From a virus, in the IMG/VR virus record IMGVR_UViG_3300036766_000670, positions 14,591-78,590 of that record: a DNA stretch of 64,000 nt. One strand, 5' to 3'. Positions within the stretch are counted from its first letter, which is position 1, and each line of letters opens with the position of its first letter. Both the position numbers and the translations under genes were made by a program. This document shows, piece by piece, positions 59,191 to 64,000 of this stretch. Under the pieces are notes generated by a model, which worked only from the letters and a program-made list of their open reading frames with translations, was not told where the DNA came from and made no database searches.

Positions 59191-59311
59191 TTCTTATACG
59201 TTCGGTTATGAGTCGTTCCACAAACTTGGCGATTTTGTACCCTTCTCGTTCACAATACTCTTTGAGTATAGCATATACCTTTTCGTCTATGTTTATGACT
59301 TTTCGTCTCAT
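59168..59311 (-). CDS. ribbon-helix-helix-like protein (47 aa), absent from the ORF track
   Basis: MRRKVINIDEKVYAILKEYCEREGYKIAKFVERLI...; overlaps the endonuclease start. Confidence 0.65.
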   Translation of the reverse strand: MRRKVINIDEKVYAILKEYCEREGYKIAKFVERLITERIRNENRKKM

Positions 59312-59354
59312 ATCTAATAAGTATCAGTGTGAACACAAAAGAAAACAAAAATAT

Positions 59355-59594
59355 TCATTTTTCCCATCGGGCTTCCTCGGCTTCCAAGATGATCTCTATC
59401 TTCGGCCAGGCTGGTGCCACGGTTTCATGTTTTGTGAGTTCTTTCTTGTATTGTGTCGTATAGGTTTCGAGTTTGTTCATCAACTGAGTCAATTCAAAAA
59501 ACTCGGTAGATAGTTCTTTTGGATATTCATGTGTTTTTACAAAATAAACCAATTCAAAGGCGGTATCTATAATTCCTTGTTTGGCAGTACTCAT
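59355..59594 (-). CDS. hypothetical protein
   Basis: 79-aa ORF. Confidence 0.5.
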   Translation of the reverse strand: MSTAKQGIIDTAFELVYFVKTHEYPKELSTEFFELTQLMNKLETYTTQYKKELTKHETVAPAWPKIEIILEAEEARWEK

Positions 59595-59595
59595 G

Positions 59596-59820
59596 TTACA
59601 TTTCTATAATATCTTTGGGTTCAATTTCAAATTTTTCTCGGAGAAGTTTATACATTTCTTCCAGGCATTCGTCACAAAGATGGATTTCGATTCCGGTCAT
59701 GTCAAATTTGCTTCCACACCAACTACAAGTTTTTAATTCTGAGAAACATTCACGATCTGGATGTTTATCACAAAAATACTGCGCTTCCTCAAGAACACCT
59801 TGGGTAGTAATCTTTTTCAT
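59596..59820 (-). CDS. small Cys-rich protein
   Basis: FCDKH...CSWC...HLCDEC. Confidence 0.55.
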   Translation of the reverse strand: MKKITTQGVLEEAQYFCDKHPDRECFSELKTCSWCGSKFDMTGIEIHLCDECLEEMYKLLREKFEIEPKDIIEM

Positions 59821-60656
59821 TGCTTATTTTTCTCCTTCATTTCATCGCCATACTTTTTTCTCACAGGTACACCGCCCGCCTGTTGATACTTCTCAACAAT
59901 TGACAATCCTCCAGCATCAGGTGTTGTTTCTGTTATTTTTATGTTAGAAGGAGGGCTTTCTGCTTTTTTCATTTCCCGTTCAATAATATGATGTACTTGT
60001 GGATAATTCATTTCCCTACCAGATGGAGATTTTTTGAATGGAATTATATTATCTGAACTTCCGAATCCGCCTTCTCCACGAATAGTTTTGTCTAACTCAC
60101 TGACTAATATGAAGTTGGCTGGAACAGTTTCTTCTACTACAAGTTGTGCAATCGCATCACCCCTTTTGTAGATTTTGTCATAGTTAATTTTGCAAAGAAA
60201 GTGACCGTTTGGTTCCCACGTATAATTAGTTCCACCATCACTGGTCGGCACTTCAACCGTTTCCATCATAAGATCGTTTGGTTGCCATACATACCTAAAA
60301 CAAACAATGATTTCACCACGATAATCATTATCAATCAATCCAATGCTATTCGCAAGCACAAGATTATATTTTCGGATCGAAGAACGGGGATGAATAAGAG
60401 TATGATAGTTTGTATCAATCGGGTTTCCTGGAATAAAGTGTACTGGTTGGGGAGCAATATAAAGTCCTGTGTGATATTCGAGATAATCAATGCTGCGGTA
60501 GAATATTACCGATTTCCCACCGACTTCTTCGGCACTGCCGATTTCTCCAACAATTTTGGGATCGTCAATCGCAATGAGATCATAACCTGCCGATTGAGTG
60601 GTTGCTGGAACTGGAAGGGTAATACCTTCTATATTTTTGACTTGAATTGTAATCAT
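59817..60656 (-). CDS. dut: dUTPase (trimeric type, with insertions)
   Basis: SAGYDL, PRSS, GLIDNDYRGEI, IAQLV, RGEGGFGSS. Confidence 0.92.
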   Translation of the reverse strand: MITIQVKNIEGITLPVPATTQSAGYDLIAIDDPKIVGEIGSAEEVGGKSVIFYRSIDYLEYHTGLYIAPQPVHFIPGNPIDTNYHTLIHPRSSIRKYNLVLANSIGLIDNDYRGEIIVCFRYVWQPNDLMMETVEVPTSDGGTNYTWEPNGHFLCKINYDKIYKRGDAIAQLVVEETVPANFILVSELDKTIRGEGGFGSSDNIIPFKKSPSGREMNYPQVHHIIEREMKKAESPPSNIKITETTPDAGGLSIVEKYQQAGGVPVRKKYGDEMKEKNKQ

Positions 60657-60844
60657 AACTTAAAACAGTTTGGATATTTTTTCTTATACTCTTCAATTTC
60701 TTTGGGGGATAATGTTTTGACTGGGATTTTTTCATTACCTTCAATCCAGCGTTTTTTTCCACAGTTACATTTTTCTTCATATTCAGGAGGCATCGTATAA
60801 AATACTACTCCCGTCCGTTTCCATTCATGTTTATGATTTTTCAT
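60653..60844 (-). CDS. hypothetical protein
   Basis: 63 aa; HKHEW...CNCG. Confidence 0.5.
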   Translation of the reverse strand: MKNHKHEWKRTGVVFYTMPPEYEEKCNCGKKRWIEGNEKIPVKTLSPKEIEEYKKKYPNCFKL

Positions 60845-60873
60845 AACTTTTCCTTAGAATTGTAACACATTAT

Positions 60874-61107
60874 CTACTTTTTGGCAACTTTTTTTACTTC
60901 TTTTTTAGGTCTTTTTATTAGAGTAAAATCCCATTCGTACCCGTCTCGGACTGGGAAGAATGCAACCCGCCCCCTTCCAAAAATGGAAGTGAGGTTTTTT
61001 ATCAATTTTTCACTGTATTTATCCACATCTCCGGGAGGCATATTGCCAATAGAATGATGGATCATTACCACATCATTCTCTCCGATTTCTACTACTTCTA
61101 TTTTCAT
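60874..61107 (-). CDS. hypothetical protein
   Basis: 77-aa ORF, ATGA-coupled. Confidence 0.5.
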   Translation of the reverse strand: MKIEVVEIGENDVVMIHHSIGNMPPGDVDKYSEKLIKNLTSIFGRGRVAFFPVRDGYEWDFTLIKRPKKEVKKVAKK

Positions 61108-62591
61108 ATTTTTATTCCTTCCAGTTTTTTCAACAGGGCTTCTTTATCAATTTTCGGGATTTCAAATCCCATGTGACCATCAGTCATGGTATTTCCAATA
61201 TAATTGTTGATTGTGTAAAGACCAAATCGTTTTGGCTTTGTCCAGTTGGCAAATACATACTCCATACCATCAATGAACTGTTGCCCCATATGTTTTGAAT
61301 TGATACCACCTTCCCCCAGTGCCCATTTTCGACCGATTTCTCCACACTTTTCACGTTTGTCGTTTTCTGCGAGATACCAGTACATAAATCCCTCAGCAAT
61401 ATCTTCCCACTTTGTCAAATCATCAAAAATATATGGTGTCGGAATACTGCCTTGAATAAGGCGAGTAACTGGCCATATAGGATATGCCCACGGCCCACAC
61501 TTTTTATACTTACCGACATTATTTGATCCAAAATCTGCATCAAATTCTATTGGTTTGCCATCATCATCTATTTGACCGATTTGATCTTGTAAACCGCCCG
61601 TAACAGCGACTACTACCGGCGTACCACTCATGATACTCTCGGCAATAGATAATCCAAATCCTTCACTAGATGATGCATTGACTGTTATATCGGCTGTATT
61701 GTACATCATATTCATGTCTTGTGGAGACAATTTCCCCGGCGAGAATACAATATTATGATTGGGGCAGATAGCTTCTTTAAGAGCAAGCAAATTTGTGCCT
61801 TCGTTTTGCATGAGTTCAGTATGCAATATCATCACACATTTTGCGGCTTCTTCTTTTGGAAGATTATCACAGAATATGCGATAAGCCATCATAATATTGC
61901 TGGTACGTTTACGCAGAATATTTCGGCTATTGTAAAGAATGACATATTTGTAATCAATCCCATGAAATACTTTCTTACGAAATTCCACTAATTTTGGATC
62001 GGATTTTGCAAGAGGGAAGAAAAATTCGGGATCTATACCATGAGGACAATATTGAAGCAAAGTTCTTCCGTTCATTGGACCGTCTCCGGTATAACAGCAA
62101 TTTTTAGGTTCAAGCACCCACTTATTGATATTCATGGTCTGCTTACTGATAGAAAACAGCGCATCACAACTTTCATAAAAACTGCGATTATATTGGGGAT
62201 AAGGTAAATTATCCCAAATGTTCAAATAAGTCAGCGGCATGACGGCACGAATTTGTTTTTCAAGAGCATATAACCATCCCCAAAACCGTGGATCAGTAAA
62301 ATGGAGTATGGCATGTGGATGTTCCATTGCAATAACCTGGAATAGAGTTTGTTCATTGCCATATCCATCAGTTGGATATACTTTTACGTAAGCATCTTTG
62401 ATTTTTTTCTGTTCGTTTATTGACTGTGATAAATCAGATATTTTTCCTTTTTCCGGATGAACAACTGCGCCCGCCAACTGTACCCAATCATACATATGAA
62501 CTGTTGATAATACTAATTCACGACTCATCGTCGCAATACCAGAGTTCATACGGAGATCATCTGACAACAGAAGGATTTTCTTTTTAGCCAT
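61104..62591 (-). CDS. GT4-like (GT-B) glycosyltransferase
   Basis: KILLLSDD...SG; PHGID; RN..RK; SEGFGLSIAESIMSGTPVV...GGL. Confidence 0.88.
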   Translation of the reverse strand: MAKKKILLLSDDLRMNSGIATMSRELVLSTVHMYDWVQLAGAVVHPEKGKISDLSQSINEQKKIKDAYVKVYPTDGYGNEQTLFQVIAMEHPHAILHFTDPRFWGWLYALEKQIRAVMPLTYLNIWDNLPYPQYNRSFYESCDALFSISKQTMNINKWVLEPKNCCYTGDGPMNGRTLLQYCPHGIDPEFFFPLAKSDPKLVEFRKKVFHGIDYKYVILYNSRNILRKRTSNIMMAYRIFCDNLPKEEAAKCVMILHTELMQNEGTNLLALKEAICPNHNIVFSPGKLSPQDMNMMYNTADITVNASSSEGFGLSIAESIMSGTPVVVAVTGGLQDQIGQIDDDGKPIEFDADFGSNNVGKYKKCGPWAYPIWPVTRLIQGSIPTPYIFDDLTKWEDIAEGFMYWYLAENDKREKCGEIGRKWALGEGGINSKHMGQQFIDGMEYVFANWTKPKRFGLYTINNYIGNTMTDGHMGFEIPKIDKEALLKKLEGIKI

Positions 62592-62823
62592 AAGTCTTAT
62601 TCTCCCCCGAAAATCCACAATCTGGACAAGATAGAACCATTTCATTCATGTCTGTATCTGGATGTTCTTCTTCAACAATAGCATTTGTCTTTTTACAGTT
62701 TGGGCAGGTATATTTCTTTGGTTCTTTTGGAATATATTTTGGTCCCAATCCAAATTTAGCAAGAAAGTCATCCACAACATCTTTGCCCATAGTTTCTCTA
62801 TATTTTTCAAATTGGTCTGACAT
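62584..62823 (-). CDS. small Zn-ribbon protein
   Basis: CPNC...CPDCG. Confidence 0.55.
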   Translation of the reverse strand: MSDQFEKYRETMGKDVVDDFLAKFGLGPKYIPKEPKKYTCPNCKKTNAIVEEEHPDTDMNEMVLSCPDCGFSGENKTYG

Positions 62824-62826
62824 AAA

Positions 62827-63324
62827 TTAATAAAGGAGTTTTGCGAAACTATACTTGATTGTTGCCTTAATCGTTAAATCTATTTGGGATTCCCCATCTT
62901 TAGGAATAGCACTCCAATCAAGATCTCCAAAATCTATTGATATAAATTCTGCATCATTGATTTCCCATTCCTCAACTATATCTCCAACTGGCCCCAATAT
63001 TTTAATAATGAGATCAAATGGTCTGGGTTCTATCATATAGGAATAAAATATTTGTGTTGCACTTGGGACGATTGGATCGTATGTTTCTATTTCTATTGGA
63101 TTCCATATCCACTTTTCTGTATATTTCAGATCTTGCCCTATTTCTCTACGACAACTTGGGCGGGTAATATTTTTTAGAAGATAGGTAGGAATAAGTAACT
63201 TTTTTTCTTTATCATTTATGTAACAGATAAATCTATTCCTCGTTTTTGGTTCAAATGCTGTAAAATATATTTCATCCTGTTGGAGAAAAGATGATGTGGT
63301 AGGTAGATTGGGGGTTTCATTCAT
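62827..63324 (-). CDS. second tail tube-like protein (paralog of 2163..2654)
   Basis: FEPKTRNRF, YDPIVPSATQ, LGPVGDIVEEW. Confidence 0.8.
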   Translation of the reverse strand: MNETPNLPTTSSFLQQDEIYFTAFEPKTRNRFICYINDKEKKLLIPTYLLKNITRPSCRREIGQDLKYTEKWIWNPIEIETYDPIVPSATQIFYSYMIEPRPFDLIIKILGPVGDIVEEWEINDAEFISIDFGDLDWSAIPKDGESQIDLTIKATIKYSFAKLLY

Positions 63325-63345
63325 AATATAACCTTTTGTAGATTG

Positions 63346-63570
63346 TTAATTGCCGAATGAAGCCGATGCGGCTGAAAACGATGCTTTAAGAGAGGCCGGA
63401 AGAAAGAAGTTATTGAGAGTGCTACGAAAGGTTTCATCTTTCACGTAGAGATAAATACTTCTTTCTACAAGACCCTGTAAGGTAAGTTTATGGCGAACGC
63501 CAAGGATTTTGAAGTCATCATATAGGTCCGGTTCGACCTTTATGGTAGTTGCAACTCTGTTTGATTTCAT
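63346..63570 (-). CDS. ribbon-helix-helix-like DNA-binding protein
   Basis: ATTIKVEPDLYDDFK...LTLQGLVERSI. Confidence 0.6.
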   Translation of the reverse strand: MKSNRVATTIKVEPDLYDDFKILGVRHKLTLQGLVERSIYLYVKDETFRSTLNNFFLPASLKASFSAASASFGN

Positions 63571-63625
63571 AAATATGTATGTTATACGTAAGAATATTCT
63601 TACGTTCTTCTATACATATTTATGA
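63567..63625. repeat. nested inverted repeat / palindrome
   Basis: 14-bp arms 63567-63580 and 63612-63625 around a perfect 20-bp palindrome at 63586-63605. Confidence 0.9.
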
Positions 63626-63648
63626 TATGAAGAAAAATACGAAAAATT

Positions 63649-64000
63649 TTATTCCAAAAGTTCAGCCCTGCTGTCACATTTCCCGTTTTTCGAATAGGCG
63701 CAGTACTTGCAGTTCTTTTTATTTTTGCCGGGATTCTTGGGATATTTGATATCAGTTTTATGATCACCTTCGGTGGTGAAACAAGTATCAACAAATTTTC
63801 CAAACTCCTGGATTACTTGTAATACATCTTCTTGATGAGATGGTGGTTTAAAGATTTGAATACGGGATTGTTTATAAGTAGCATTCTCATACAACTTACG
63901 TTTCAAAATGAAAAACTCCACGGCGATCTTTGATAAAGGAATGTTATATTTTTTGCTATAAAGTGCTTTATAAAGTACAAGCTGACTTATTTTGGAAAAA
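63649..64000 (-). CDS. PD-(D/E)XK (RecB/Cas4-like) nuclease, C-terminal part only
   Basis: frame open to the window edge: QLVLYK...CKYCAY...C. Confidence 0.6.
   Translation of the reverse strand, partial: FSKISQLVLYKALYSKKYNIPLSKIAVEFFILKRKLYENATYKQSRIQIFKPPSHQEDVLQVIQEFGKFVDTCFTTEGDHKTDIKYPKNPGKNKKNCKYCAYSKNGKCDSRAELLE

Noticed and set aside
39637-62591. Bacterial LPS/capsule locus, i.e. host DNA or a chimeric contig
   Set aside because: Interleaved with phage-type genes (homing endonucleases, dUTPase, tube paralog nearby) and lacks recognisable export or polymerase genes
39637-62591. Firm call of a DNA hypermodification system
   Set aside because: No hydroxymethylase, thymidylate-synthase-like or TET/JBP gene in the window to provide an acceptor base; kept only as an alternative
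1-64000. Alternative genetic code (stop-codon reassignment, seen in some large phages)
   Set aside because: Conserved genes are full length in the standard code, and TAA, TGA and TAG all end genes at expected positions
1-64000. CRISPR array, tRNA or rRNA genes
   Set aside because: No regularly spaced repeats or cloverleaf-like sequences seen by eye; intergenic gaps are short. tRNAscan was not run
63649-64000. cas4 as part of a CRISPR-Cas locus
   Set aside because: Only a C-terminal fragment is visible, with no other cas genes or array; stand-alone Cas4-like nucleases are common in phages

Overview
AT-rich window from a large, tailed dsDNA phage (T4-like/jumbo myovirus-type gene set, standard genetic code). 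The + strand (1 to ~39,000) carries a contractile-tail module (tube, gp26-like chaperone, tape measure, baseplate proteins), a replication/recombination block (atypical family-A polymerase, gp32-like SSB, RecA/UvsX, 5'-3' exonuclease, DnaB-like helicase, class II RNR, clamp-loader small subunit, dNMP kinase), three DNA methyltransferases, a MoxR AAA+/vWA-peptidase pair and free-standing endonucleases. The - strand (~39,000 to 64,000) is mostly a ~23 kb glycan island: about 12 glycosyltransferase-like genes, 5 SAM methyltransferases, and an RfbH/RmlB/split-transketolase/reductase set suggesting a branched 3,6-dideoxysugar. It also holds dUTPase, a second shortened tail-tube paralog and a partial nuclease. 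Non-coding signals found by eye: a recurring TATTTATA upstream motif, sigma70 promoters predicting leaderless mRNAs, a probable programmed frameshift before the tape measure gene, a three-way RNA switch before an HNH gene, genes flanked by short duplications, and a nested palindrome. All product calls come from motif recognition, not database searches.
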